64,000 bases of DNA. Origin: Camelus ferus (Eukaryota). The notes below the pieces were generated by a model. It was not told the DNA's origin and searched no databases. It saw nothing but the letters and a program-made list of their open reading frames with translations. A program made the position numbers and the translations under genes. Positions 13,135 through 25,641 of the stretch are shown piece after piece (positions within the stretch are counted from its first letter, which is position 1; the number at the start of each line of letters is the position of its first letter). The stretch is from the NCBI RefSeq assembly GCF_009834535.1, contig NC_045697.1:7070001-7134000 (forward strand), given 5' to 3'.

Positions 13135-13635
13135 GTTTCTTAGTTTTGCTTTGCTGCATAACACACCAATCTAAAACCTAGGGACATAAAACAATATATA
13201 TGTTTCATTCTTGATCCTGCAGATTGGCAAGCTGGGTTGGGTTCAACCAGATGATTCTGCTAGGCTAGGCTTGTCTGTATTAATGGTCAGTCAGCTGATG
13301 GTTTTCTGGGCCTGGATACTGTAAGATGGCCACATTTCACATGTGCCTGTTGACCTGCTGCCATCTAGGTTGATAAGACAACTGGACTGCATGCCTTTTA
13401 TCATCTAATAGACTTGTCCAAGATTGTGGCATTCAGGATTCCAAGACAGGGAAGAGGACAAGCCCTAATGTGCAAGCACTTTTCAAGTCTTGCCTCATGT
13501 TTGCTACTACTTTTGACCACAGGAAATCACATGGCCAAGACTAGAGTCAGAGGAGATGCTGAAGGGCATTACCAAGACATGTGCATTCAAGGAGGCTTGA
13601 ACAAATAGGAACCGTTATTGAAATCAATCCGCCAC
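13135..13635 (-). mobile_element. Old MLT1 (J/K/L-like) LTR
   Basis: ttagttttgctttgctgcataacacacc...aaaacaat...cacatggccaagactagagtcag...aatcaatccgccac. Confidence 0.65.
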
Positions 13636-15562
13636 GAGAGGCATAGTGAATGAATGTATAAGAATGAAATGGGATAACTCTTTGTGATGACTATATACGG
13701 CTTTCAGGTCCGTTGTAACCTTAAAATCGAAGGCATATTTGCTAGGAGTTCAACAACTTAAAAAGCATCATTTTGGGGGGCATTTCAAGTAAAATGTTGG
13801 TAGCTGATTCAGAATTTCATTTTCTTGGACTTCAATCATTTATTTCTCATAGGATTATAAAGCTGCAGAAAGAGGACTTTCTTTCAGAAATCAGGGCAGC
13901 CCACTGCCAGCAGTGTGCTCCATTCAGTTCTCTAATTACTGTCATGCTGGCAGAGGTTAAATATTTACTGAAGAATGTGCTTTTTATCACCCAATCTAAT
14001 TTTTAAACTCAGACTCTCTAATTTCATTGAGATGTGAATAACCAGTGTTTTCCCCCCACTCCTTTAGGTTTTTTGGCAGGAGTAAAACATCTCTCCATTC
14101 TCATTTATATGGCAAAGAATGACATATTGGTGGGCATGCCTACTGCATAATGTTGCCAAGAAAAGGGAGCAAAATAAATTGACATGAAACTCCTTTCAGT
14201 TCAAGCAAAAAATCAGTTCACAGAATGAGCAATATTGGAGAGTGAATTTGCATCCTTTAACTAGGACACTACTTCTGCCTTTTCTTGGCCTTGTGATCTT
14301 TGACAATTAACCCTTCTGAGACCTAGTTTCCTCATCACTGAAATGAATTTTTTTTTATTATTCCTGACTCCATGTATAAGCTCCCTGTTGCTGCTGTAAC
14401 AAATTGCCATTAATTTAGTGGCTTAGAGACCACATGGAGGACCTAGGATGACTTACTGAGCTCTTTATTATAAAGATGAAGAACCTGAATGGCTAAAATG
14501 GCTAAATGATGTATGACATGAGGACACCAATGCAATTGGCTTAGAGGTAAACTCACCTTCAGAATCACTGGGGCAATAAGGAGAGTGCATGGTTTTAGAC
14601 ATAGCTTAAGTGGAAGTCTATGAACTGACAAGATGTGTTGGGACTTACCAAACGGTGAGCCCTGAGTACAGATAGGCAGTCTTTGCCTTCCAGGTGCCTA
14701 TCGCTCCATTGAGGAAAATAAACATGCACACATGAAAATGGCAAGGAATGGTCCAAGTGTATAAATTACATGCAGTTGACTCTCAGAACTGAGTCCCCAG
14801 GGGGAGAGCAGTCCCATGGCTCAATGGCAACACTCAGCTTTAGAGACTTACAAGTCTGTGTTTGAATCGTATTTCTGACACTTGCTCATTATACGACCTT
14901 CAATGAGTCTCATCACTCTCTGAACGACAATGTAACAAGTTTGAACTGTTCACTTTCTATGTGTCAAGTGCCATGCTAACTACCTTACCTGCGCTGATTT
15001 ACTTAATCCTCACTTCCACTCTATGAGATTATGCTCCTCTTCATTTCAGAAGAGGAAACTGAGGCACAAAGTGACTCAATTATGTCACCAAACCCTTCAG
15101 GTAAGTATGAGAGAAGCAGAAATGTCACCTACGTGTCCTGTGCCAGCTCTTTCCTGCTGGGTTTGTCTCTGTGCCCTGTTCAGTTGACCACCTCTCAGAG
15201 CCGTTGCAAAGGCTCAACAGTGCTATGGATGGGGAAGAATTTGTGAGTTCCTGGAACCCACCCCAAAGCAGAGATTGACCCCATTTCCCTCTCTCAACCC
15301 CTGTCCTCTCAACTTCACTTCATAGGCTTAGCTGATAACCTTGGGGTTTGATTTGATCTGAAATGGCCATGCTGATGTTGTGCTGGTAGTGGCTGTGAGA
15401 AATCAAGGAGGTCACAAAGATAAACTGACTCAGTTGTAGCAGCTGAACACATTTACATAGTGAGCCATTCATGTTTCCACCAGCATCTAGCTTCTCTTCG
15501 TTTATAAAGGCTTCCCAGATTCCCCCAGACCATCCCAAACCCTTGTAGATCTACTAAAGTCA

Positions 15563-16200
15563 TTTCACTCACTCACTCATTCAGTCATTCATTCAACACG
15601 TGTTTACTGCCTACCTTCCACACTCCAGGCACTGGGAGTTTGTTGTAACCAAGACAGACGAGGTTCTGCATCTCACAGAGCCTTCTTAATAGTAGGGTGT
15701 CTACAGGCAATATAAAAATTAGCAAGTAAATAAACAGGGTAAGTTCAGATAGGGGCAACTGCTTGGAAGACAATACAATAAAGGAATGTGACAGAAAATG
15801 GCTATGTCAGCACCTGCACGTGAGAGGCAGGGGTGAGCACAGGCCTTTCACAGGAAATGACTCTGAAGCTAAAATCCAAATGGTGAGAAGAATGCCCCAC
15901 GTTGGGGTTTTTGAGGTACTGCAGGTAAAACCAGTGAGCAACGGAGGTGGAGGTTCACGTCAGGTCAGAGAAGAAGGTGGGACTCGGATTAAAGTGGGCG
16001 TTGCAGCCAGGTCAGCAGAGGTCCCAGTAGTGTGATCTGATAAGTTTAAAAGCCCCGTCTGGTTTTTGCATAGATGGTGGAAGATGGCCATGGGGTCGGG
16101 GGAAGGGAGATGATGGAACTGAAACCAATTAGGAGGCTATTCTTGTGCCCACAGTGAGAAATGAGAGCTTGGGGTGGGTATGACAGCAATACCTTCAACA
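15563..16200 (-). mobile_element. L2 3' fragment
   Basis: ttcactcactcactcattcagtcattcattcaacacgtgtttactgcctacc...ccaggcactggg...accaattaggaggctatt. Confidence 0.75.
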
Positions 16201-16214
16201 CATAGAATCTGGTG

Positions 16215-16347
16215 TTTGTAAGTGATCTTTTGCTGCGTGGCATGAGCCCCCACCCGGAATGTTGAATCTGCACCATCAGAAACCACATTAGATACGTCCT
16301 TATGTCCTCATATAAACATCTTGAGCATCAGTCAAGATTGAAAACTA
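16215..16347. mobile_element. MER5-like relic
   Basis: gagcccccacccgga...gaatctgca...agtcaagattgaaaacta. Confidence 0.35.
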
Positions 16348-16594
16348 AAACTTGACCTCCAGATGAGTTTTATACTCCCATGCCTACCCCAAAAGCTCTG
16401 CTTTCTACTTCAGCGACCCTTTAGATGTTAAGCTTTGCCACATATGTACATTTTTGAGCCAAAGTAAAAGCAAAAATTAATAAATCTAGTGTAAATTGGG
16501 TTGCCAGGCTATTATTTCTCCTTTCTCAATGGAGCTGAGCATGCCCCACTCACTTGAGAGATGACTTGTTAATTTTTTTTGCTTTTCTCTCTTT

Positions 16595-17565
16595 TCTTTT
16601 TAAATTGAAGTATAGTCAGTTACAATGTGTCAATTTCTGGTGTACAGCATAATGTCCCAGTCATGCATATACATACATGTATTTGTTTTCATATTCTTTT
16701 TCATTAAAGATCATTACAAGATATTGAATATAGTTCCCTGTGCTATACAGAATTTATTTAAATCTATTTTTATATATAATGCCTAACATTTGCAAATCTC
16801 AAACTCCCAAATTTTTTCCTTCCCACCCCCTGTCTCTAGTAACCATAAGATTGTTTAGTATGTCTGCAAGTCTGTTTCTTTTGTAGATGAGCTCATTAGT
16901 GTCCTCTTTTTTTCTTTTTCCTCGATTCAACATATGGTATTGTTCTTTCTTTTTCTGGCTTACTTCACTTAGAATGATGATCTCCAGGTCCATCCATGTT
17001 GCTGCAAATGGCATTATTTTATTCTTTTTTATGGGTGAGTAGTATTCCATTGTATAAATGTATCACAACTTCTTTACTCAGTCATCAGTTGATAGACATT
17101 TAGGTTGCTTCCATGTCTTGGCTATTGCATATAGTGCTTCTGTGAACATCGGGGTGCATGTATGTTTTTGAATTAGAGTCCCCTCCAGATATATGCCCAA
17201 GGGTGGGATTGCTGGATGATTATGATAAGTCTGTTTTTAGTTTTTTGAGGACTCTCCATACTGTTTTTCATAATGGCTGCACCAAACTCCATTCCCACCA
17301 GCAGTGTAGGAGGGTTCTCTTTTCTCCACACCCTCTCCAGCATTTATCATTTGTGGACTTTTGAATGATAGCTAATTTGGATTGTAGCTTTGATTTGCAT
17401 TTCTCTGATAATTAGTGACATTGAGCATTCTTCCATGTGCCTATTGGCCATTTGTATGTCTTCGTTGGATAATTGCTTGTTTAGGTCTTCTGCCCATTTT
17501 TGGATTGGGTTGCTTGCTTTTTTTGTTATTAATTTGTATGACCTGTTTGTATATTCCAGAAATTA
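16595..17565 (-). mobile_element. L1 3' ~1 kb (ORF2 C-terminus plus 3' UTR)
   Basis: Minus ORF MEYYSPIKKNKIMPFAATWMDLEIIILSEVSQ; T-rich tail at the left end (tttttaaattgaagtatagtcagttacaatgtg); cattcccaccagcagtgtaggagggtt motif. Confidence 0.92.
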
Positions 17566-19797
17566 ACTGGTTAAATTTTGGTGATCTTACCAAAGTGCAT
17601 TAATTTTTACAGTTCTCTTTCCTATCCATGGGACTGATCAGTACTATTACATTTGGGGAGCAGCCCCACCCTCTATTCCTAAATGACTCACTAACCCTCT
17701 GTGCATGTACTTGAGACCATGGGTATCCCTGTGCAACTTTGGAGACATCATGCCTATGTGAGTTTCATCTCATCATCACAAAATGGGATGATCAGTCTAG
17801 CTTTTCCTCAAGAGGCAAAGGATGCAAGTGTCCCTCTGGGACTGTTTTTCTGTTTTTTGGTTTTTGTTTTGTTTTGTTTTGGCAAAATTCTCCACCTGTA
17901 GCCCATGGGAATGGAGGCATAGAGTGATCACAAGAGTTCCTGAGCCCATGCTTATACTATGCATTGTCTCCATCCCCCAAAAATTGCCTTGCCTTTTATA
18001 AGTTCTAATATTTTTTTCAAATGCATATTCATGATGTTTTGTGGAATAATATCCAGATGCATTTTACATTTTGATGAATACATGACAGTCTTGTATTTTT
18101 TTCAATACGTGGGTACTAAATTTATAAACACTTTCCTGTGGTGGTTGCAAAACAGTTAGATTCTTAAAAAGGTCCTTCACACTCTAAAAGGTGATTAATC
18201 TCTGAGATACAGGCTGGGGAGTCAGGTACATGGGTCCCCGTGTCTGCCAGACAGTGGAACCCTTGAGAAGAGAAGTAACCCCTGGCAATGTCTGTGTTTC
18301 TCACATCTCTGAGCACACACTCCAGGACCACCTAGGAATGAAAATAAAATCTCATTCCTGAGTGTTCGCATACTCCATGCCCTAGACTTTGGATGCTGAC
18401 ACAGTTCATCCTCAGAATAACCCAGTGAAGGTGGTATTTTCATGATGATGATTATAGTGATGATGATGCTCTTCATTTCACAGATGACGAGACAGGTCCA
18501 GAGGCACCTGGAGCTCAGAGAGATTAAGTAACCTCCCCAAGTTCACAGTGACTCAGAAGCAGAGCCCAGACTTGACCTCAAAAATGTGAATCATAAACTC
18601 CAGGTTAAACCTCACACTTTTCAAATAAAAGTGTGTCAAATCAGGAAATTAATGAATTACCTTGCAAAGCCAAGTCCTAAGCATCTCAAAAATCTCTCCT
18701 TTCATAGCAGGGCCCCTGGGCCCCTGCACAGGGCTTCATGTCAGCCTGAGAGAAGATGGAGAGTCGGCAAGAGGAGGGTGGAGGAAGTGTGCAATGCCGT
18801 TTGTTCCTCTAATAGTCCTGTGACACCAATATTTAATTTTCTCACCGAGGATATTTCCCATTGTGTCAGCAGAGCCAAGGAAATGGCTCATTGCAGGGAA
18901 GGGCCGTATTTATGCTTCTATTAGGGAAGGAGCAGAGTGATGGTGTGCACTGGTGCCCTCCGCCAAGAGCTGCCGGAGCTGGCATTTATTACCCACTCCC
19001 TCATCCATCCTCCCCCGCCCTGCAGGACGGGCAGCCTGTGCTCCTTGCCCTGAACTAGGTGAGGAGCACAGAGCTGGCTCTCCATGTCCTCCTGTGCACC
19101 CTGGGGCCAGTCACTTTCCTTCTCTGAGCTAATTTTTTTTATCTGTAAAATAAGAAAAATATTCTTATATAACATGCTGGTTTTGAGGGTTAAATAGGAT
19201 GACTGGTTAAATGTCAGGCAGAAAGTTCACTGCACTCTGGTAGTACCTTGTAGATTTGATGGATTTTGTCATAGACATTGGTAAGCAGGGACTTAAGGGA
19301 AGAAGCATGGACCTGGGGCCCATTCTGACCAAGATCAAGACCTGAATCTGTCATTTACCAGATCTGTGGCAATGTCACCTTGTGGAAACTTCTCATTTGC
19401 CCCAGGGGAGCCACAACATGGCTATGTCTTCCCTCTGGCGTCCTCCACCTCCCACTGTGAGTAATGCTGCCTCTCTACCTGAAGGTCCAGCACTGGATCA
19501 GCTGGACCTGCTCTAACTTGTGGGCCATGAGGCATCAGAGTTCCTGCGTCGTCCCCTGTGATTAAGTACCTGTCAGATGCAGCACCCCTTCCCCAGAGGC
19601 TGCAGCCTTGCCCTATTCTTGCCATCTGACCACACGTACTGATTGGCTAGTGAGTGCCAGTCCCTGGGGGCACAAGGCAAGCAAAACACAGTGCCCGCCT
19701 TCAAGATCAGATTTTAGCAGAGGGAAAAAGTAAGGAAAGAGAGCGAGTGCTTCCCGGCTGTTCACTGCAGGCCAGGGACATGGTAGTGCTCTATTTA

Positions 19798-20377
19798 CAG
19801 CTCGTGCTCATGCTGACTTTTATAACTCAAATGTTTTCCAACACAATTGATTTTTCGGGGAACAGTTTGCCCATAACACCAATTTTGTGTTTACTTGGTG
19901 GAATTCTGTCCACAAGAAACATTAACCAAAGACAACTGTGTCCACATGAACAGAGACATATATGAGACGCACACAAAACACACCACAGACATCCAGCAGC
20001 TCCCTGGCCCATCGTGTGTGCCCTGACCCACACTCTCCCACCCATATCCCACGTTCGGACTTCCCATCTGACTTCAGACCTCTCTTTCCCACTTCCTGAT
20101 CACTCACCATATCTAAACTTCAGGTCTTTTGAAGGTCAAGGGCCATATTTACTGAAGTAAATTTTATTTCTTATCGACTTACTGTGTGTAAAACGGTGCC
20201 ACCATTTTTATTAAGTCCCTATCTTTTTTCCTTTAAATGTGTCAGTAATGAAGGTTTCCTGTGCTGGGCCAATAACCATTTTTTTTTTTCCTTAAGCCCT
20301 GTGGTTTTTATTGCATGATTGTTCATCATGTAATGATTTTTAGGGACTTGTAGGGCACATGGGAGCAAAACTGGCTG
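19798..20377. mobile_element. Tigger-like (TcMar) non-autonomous DNA transposon relic
   Basis: Flanked by TA on both sides, with degenerate TIRs ta|cagctcgtgctc ... gagcaaaactggctg|ta. Confidence 0.55.
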
Positions 20378-21344
20378 TACACAATCTCATTTCTCTTAGC
20401 TTAATAATAGCAGGTGGGTACTATGTCAGTGTTGACTAGGTGGCTGCTATTTTCATCAAGAAAGAATGAGGAAGCCAGGACTCCCCTTGACCCTGGTCAC
20501 CGTCTACTGCTTGGTAGGGCTGAAATTACAACCCAGGTTGGTCTGATTCCCAGGCGTGGCTCTTAGCCGTGGTGTTTCCAGAACTGAAGAAATCAACTTC
20601 CTTATTACTCAGGAGAGTCACAGAATCAGGATCAGCTTTTCACAGAGCATTTGAAGATTTCCAACTAAAAATTTCGGAGCTTGGATGTGATCTAAGAGAC
20701 TTCAAAGTGTGACGCAGTCCACTGCTTCTGTTTCAATGTTGATCCCACCTCAGAGAATGGAATCTAGGAATCTGGAAGAATCAAAAGTTCCTTCCCCCAC
20801 GGGGTTTCACTGCCAGGTGCCTGGATGCTGAAAGAAGCAGACATCTTCCCTGCCTCACTCTGCTTGGGGTCCAATGGAGGCGGCAGAGAGGAGACAAGCC
20901 CCTGAGTCAAGTAGCGTGGATGCTAAGAAATGGAGCCCTCTACACAGGAGAGTATGGTGGGAGAGGCCAACCATGGTAGGGACCACCTGTAAGATAGATG
21001 TCAAAATGCAGGGACCATGAAGGAGAGGGCTAGGGATAGCATCCAGATACACCTCTGGATTGAGGAATGAGGGAAATGTGAAGAAATAGAGGCTGGCTGC
21101 CCAGGAAATCCTTAGGAAACGTTTCACTAAAAAGCAAAGAGATGTTAATAGGCCAGGGCATGAGATTATGGGATCTTTTGTTAAAATGAGAGGAAAGGAG
21201 CCTGTGTAAATGCCAAGGGTAAGAACAAGGAGACTGAAGTCAGGGCTGGGGGACGGTGATGGCAGGTAGAGTCAATCCCACATCCAGGAGCTTCTTTCCT
21301 GACTCCACATCTCCAGAGGAGGGGCTGTCCAGAGCATCTTCATT

Positions 21345-21568
21345 ACTTTTCAAAAAATTTTTAAATAATTTAATAATATTTTAGCAAATATTTTTACGAT
21401 TGTTAAATATTTCTATGTGTTTATATTTAAGTCAAAATATATATTATAAAATAAAAATGAATAATGATTTTTAATTTTTAAAAAATAATTTACTATAATA
21501 AATAATAATTTAATAGTATTTATTTTGATGTCCATTTAAAATATATATAATATATATATATATATTAT
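21345..21568. repeat. Extremely AT-rich low-complexity tract ending in (TA)n
   Basis: About 220 bp almost devoid of G/C; atatatataatatatatatatatatt at 21541-21566. Confidence 0.9.
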
Positions 21569-22671
21569 GGTATGCCTTTGATTTCCCAAGACAACTCTAA
21601 GTAAAAGGAAATCAACTTAAAGAAAATATCTGGTACAAAATAAGAACAAGTGGCAGCTACACGTGGCCCAGACTGTGCAGGGGATGCAGGAATCATTTGG
21701 GAACTACTTAGGCAGACAAATAGCTTATTTGAAGATTCTGTCTCCTCATTCTTAAAATGGGGCAAGATAACAACCTCACAGGTTTTTATAAGGTTGAAAT
21801 TAAATGAAAAACATGAAACCTCTCCAGTCTTGGCAGCTTAGAGATACAGATGAGATCCCATGAGCATTAGTTACCTAGCTTTCCAGCATAATCACAGGAC
21901 CTCAGTTCCCTTTAACGTGCCCACTCCACTGCAATATTATTTCTGGGAAATTTCTGAGCTGCTGACATCCAGGCTCAAGGTCACTGGTGCCCACTCCTCC
22001 CGGTGTGTGTTCTACGGTGCCCATCCCTGCTGTCCTGCCCAGCTAGGGAGACATCTTCAGACCTACACAACCCTCTGGTGCCCACATGGGTTTGGTGCAC
22101 ACTTCTGGCCCCCAGCATGCTTCTAGAGAGAAGTTCCCTTAGCTTCTGCTCCAGACTGTTCCATTTCTAAGTTCAGCCTGCAGGTGGTGACTATGGCTGT
22201 GGCCAGGACTCCCCCAGTGCATTTGCCTCCTCCTCAAATTTCAGTCAATAAAAGGAACAAGTCCATTGTGAGCAAGTCAATACTTGCAGCTCAACCCACT
22301 CAGCCCTTTGCAGACAGAACCACGCAAACATGAGTGCCCCATAAGTTCAACTAGACTCATACCAGCACGTGGTAGGGGCTTATCAAAAACTGTTCATGTG
22401 CCTTATTAGGATTTGAAGTGCAGGTGCCCTGACGACTCCCCTCTGCTCTCACACATATGTCCTATTGAGGTCTGGTGGCACCTCTCTGGCCTAATATCCA
22501 CGGATAACACTTAGACATTCAAAAAGCACTTGCCCATAGATGGTCAGAAACTCTCACACGCGTCCTGAGAGGTGCGCATTCTCTGCTTCCTCTCACAGAT
22601 GAGGTGACCGAGACAAGGGAAAGGTCAGGGGACCCCATCCCAGTGCTAGAGCTGCTCATTGGAAATGCCAG

Positions 22672-22900
22672 ATGTTATAAGCTGAATTGTCTCTGTCTCT
22701 CTCCCCAAAATTCATATCTTGAAGTTCTAATTCTCCAGCACCTCAGACTGTGACTGTACTTGAAGATAGGTTCTTCAGAGGCAATTAAGTTAAATGAGGT
22801 CATTAGGGTGGGCTCTAATTCAGTATGACTGGTATCCTTAAAAGAAGAGGAAATTTAGAGACAGGTACGCAGGGATAACACCACGTGAACATAAAGGCAT
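22672..22900 (+). mobile_element. 5' half of an MLT1B/C-like LTR
   Basis: tgttataagctgaattgt...ccccaaaattcatatcttgaagttctaa...gaggtcattagggtgggctctaattcagtatgactggtatcctt. Confidence 0.8.
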
Positions 22901-22907
22901 AGATCCC

Positions 22908-23045
22908 GTGATGTCGTTATCCAAAACATAAAGACCCCAGTTCTTGTCACACCCGAAAGATAAGTTTATAACCAGGAGATGAAGTGTTGTGTAGCGAAAG
23001 ATTTTAAAAGATTTATTTAGAAAAGGAATCCTCCAAGAATGGAAG
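22908..23045 (-). mobile_element. ERV1-type LTR terminal fragment
   Basis: tg...ccccagttcttgtcacacccgaaagataag...agatttatttag resembles the antisense U5/R end of ERV1 LTRs, with AATAAA on minus. Confidence 0.4.
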
Positions 23046-23990
23046 CCTTATAAAACGCTGTCTCTAAGATGAAACAGAAATTCCAAAAAAACAATCTCTG
23101 TACCACAGAGCAATCAAAGGTAAGGTCTAACTCACCTAAATGAACCCTTATGGGACCGCTGCATTCCAATGCAGCTTAACGGTACATACGAAGGTCCCAC
23201 AAGATCTCATGACACGAAAATAATTTTTCAGAAAAGAGTTGCTTTTTTTTCCCGTCTTAGAACGCAGGAAGATGTACTTCATTGCAACAAAAGAATCCAT
23301 CACGAATTGTATCATTCTAAATGTAAAAGTTTAAATGAGCCACGTCTTACCAATTCCAAAAAATTGAGTCAGTCTAGAAAATAAAATTTCCTGAGAATTA
23401 GGAAGGTAAGCGTTGTGTGGACTTTCCTACCAGGTTCGCTCCTGCAGTCTCATTTAGGCACAGCGCCTGGAGAACAGGGCAAAAGATCATGTGCAATGGT
23501 GATGTGAACCTTGTTCTCAGGAAGGTCTCATGCTTCGAGTTCTCCAAGGTACCAGAGGGAACATGTTCTCCAGTCCACTGTGGTCTCCGGAAGTAAAACA
23601 TAATCCCTGTAATCATCTATTACAACTGTTCCCTGTTGAATGACTGACCAGGAGTCGAGGGCAAAGTCAAATAGCAAAGACCATGTTGTTCACTTTTCCT
23701 AGGGCTGTTTCTTGATACCATGTGTCGGACACAGAATGACCTTATTCAGTGCCTCTATTCAGACAACTTTCTTGAAGATTCCTTGTGCCAATCTACGCTC
23801 TTTGCAAGTGAAATCCATTCCACTGGTGTTTATTAAAAGTCTCCTCCAGGGCAAGCCCTGCACTGGGAGTGGCTGACAGTGGGAGGCAGAAGACAGTGTT
23901 TGCAGAGGGATAAACCTGGTGCTTGGGGTTAAGGAGGAGGCTGGATTAGGGCAGGTGAGGGCAGACTGCGACAAGACACCTGAGTCCTGC

Positions 23991-24389
23991 TGTACTAGTT
24001 TGCCAGGGCTTCTGTAAAAATAGCACCACAAACTGAGTGACTTAAACAGTGGATTTTTTTTTTTTTTTTTTGTCTCACAGCTCTGGAGTCTAGGAGTCCA
24101 AAAGCAAAGTGGCAGCAGTACTGGTTCTTCTGAGCGCTGTGGGGAAGGATCGACTCCAGACCTCTCTCCTTGGCTTATAGATGATCATCGTCTACCTATG
24201 TCTCTGTGCGACTCCAAATTTTCCTTTTTTATAAGGGTACCAGTCATGCTGGCTCAGGCTCCCCCAGTGACCTCACTTGAACTTGATTTCTCCTTTAAAG
24301 ACCCTACCTCCAAGTGTGATCACATCGTGGGGGAATGGGGGTTAGGACTGAAAAATATTAATTTGGGCAGACACAATTCAACCCATAAC
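23991..24389 (-). mobile_element. MLT1A/B-like solo LTR
   Basis: tgtactagtttgccagggc...caccacaaactgagtgacttaaacag...cacaattcaacccataaca. Confidence 0.85.
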
Positions 24390-24880
24390 ACAGACCGAGG
24401 AGCACAGAATTTGGTCCAGACTTAGCAGAGAAGCACAAATGAGGTGGAGTGCTGGATCTGTCACTCAGGAAATATTGGAAGATGAGTGAAGGAACTGTTG
24501 CCTTGTCTTAGGATAAACATTTTTAGGGGATGAAGAAAAGGTGCTCTGTTTTGCAGCCTTTATGAGGATCTTTATTTTTTATCCTTTTTTTTTTCTTGTA
24601 AATTTTGAATCCCTATCAATTTTACCCAGGATACTTACTACACAAAAGTGATGAATTTTTTCCCCCATCAAAATTAAGGAATTTATAAAATACTCAAAAC
24701 CCAATAGAGTGACCTGAAGAGAGACTAGAATTAAACAATACAAGACAGGAACAACTCTTTTACAGGACATAAACTCAGGTGCAAAATAGGCCACATTATT
24801 TTTCTGTAACTCGGTATGATCCCTAGACCTTTACGCTTGGTGGTTTAAGACTCCAGCCAGGCACTTCAAGGAAACGTCAC

Positions 24881-25641
24881 TGTCTGAGTTTTCTGTGGCT
24901 TCTGTCAAAGTACCACAAAGCCCTTTCATTGTCTCATAGGTCTCAAGGCTCGAAGTCCAAGATCAAAGCGTTGGCAGGGTCGGTTCCTTCTGTTGGCTGG
25001 AAGGGAAGTGTCTGGCAGCAAACCTCTCTCTTGGGCTTGTAGACGGATGTTGTTTGGGGGTCAATGGTGTTGAACAAATTCCTGTGTTGAAGCCCTAACC
25101 CCCCAGGACTCCAGAATACGACTGTGTTTGGAGATAGGGTTTCTAAAGAGGTGATTAAGTTAAATGAGTTCTGATGGGTGGGCCCAGTTCCAGTAACCTG
25201 ACTGAAAGAGGAGAGTCGGACCCAGACACCCATGGGGGGAGTGTGTGCAGACACAGGAAGAAGACAGCCTTCAAAAAGCCAAGGAGAGAGGACTTGGGAG
25301 AAATCCACCCTGTTGACATTTTGTTCCCTGACTTCTAAAACAGAGCTGTGAGAAAACACACTTCTGTTTTCTAAGCCTTCCAGCCAGAGGCACCTTGTTA
25401 CGGAGCAGACTCACGTGATCGCCTTCTCCCTTCCTCTCTACACTGTTTTCCCTCCATGTGTGTCAAGGGTCCTTCTTTGTACTGGGACACCCGTCATACT
25501 GCATTAGGGCTCAGCTAATGGCCACACTTTAACCCGATTACCTGTGTAAAGACCCGTTTTGCAAACAAGGTCACGTCTGGAGGTACTGGGCATTAGGACT
25601 TCGACAAGTGCCCTTCGGGGATCACACTTCGACCCATAACA
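24881..25641. mobile_element. Nested MLT1 LTRs: minus-strand host split by a plus-strand MLT1 (~25048-25413)
   Basis: The host begins tgtctgagttttctgtggc...aagtccaagatcaaagcgttggcagggtcggttccttctg and resumes gccttctcc...cgacccataaca. The insert runs tgttg...tgttgaagccctaacc...tttggagatagggt...tgttacggagcagactca. Confidence 0.8.

Noticed and set aside
16799..17603. ORFs with protein-like text (MEYYSPIKKNK..., [10 protein letters not shown]...)
   Set aside because: Sense and antisense translations of a truncated L1 ORF2 end, not host genes. The same applies to ORFs at 9832, 56876 and 61950.
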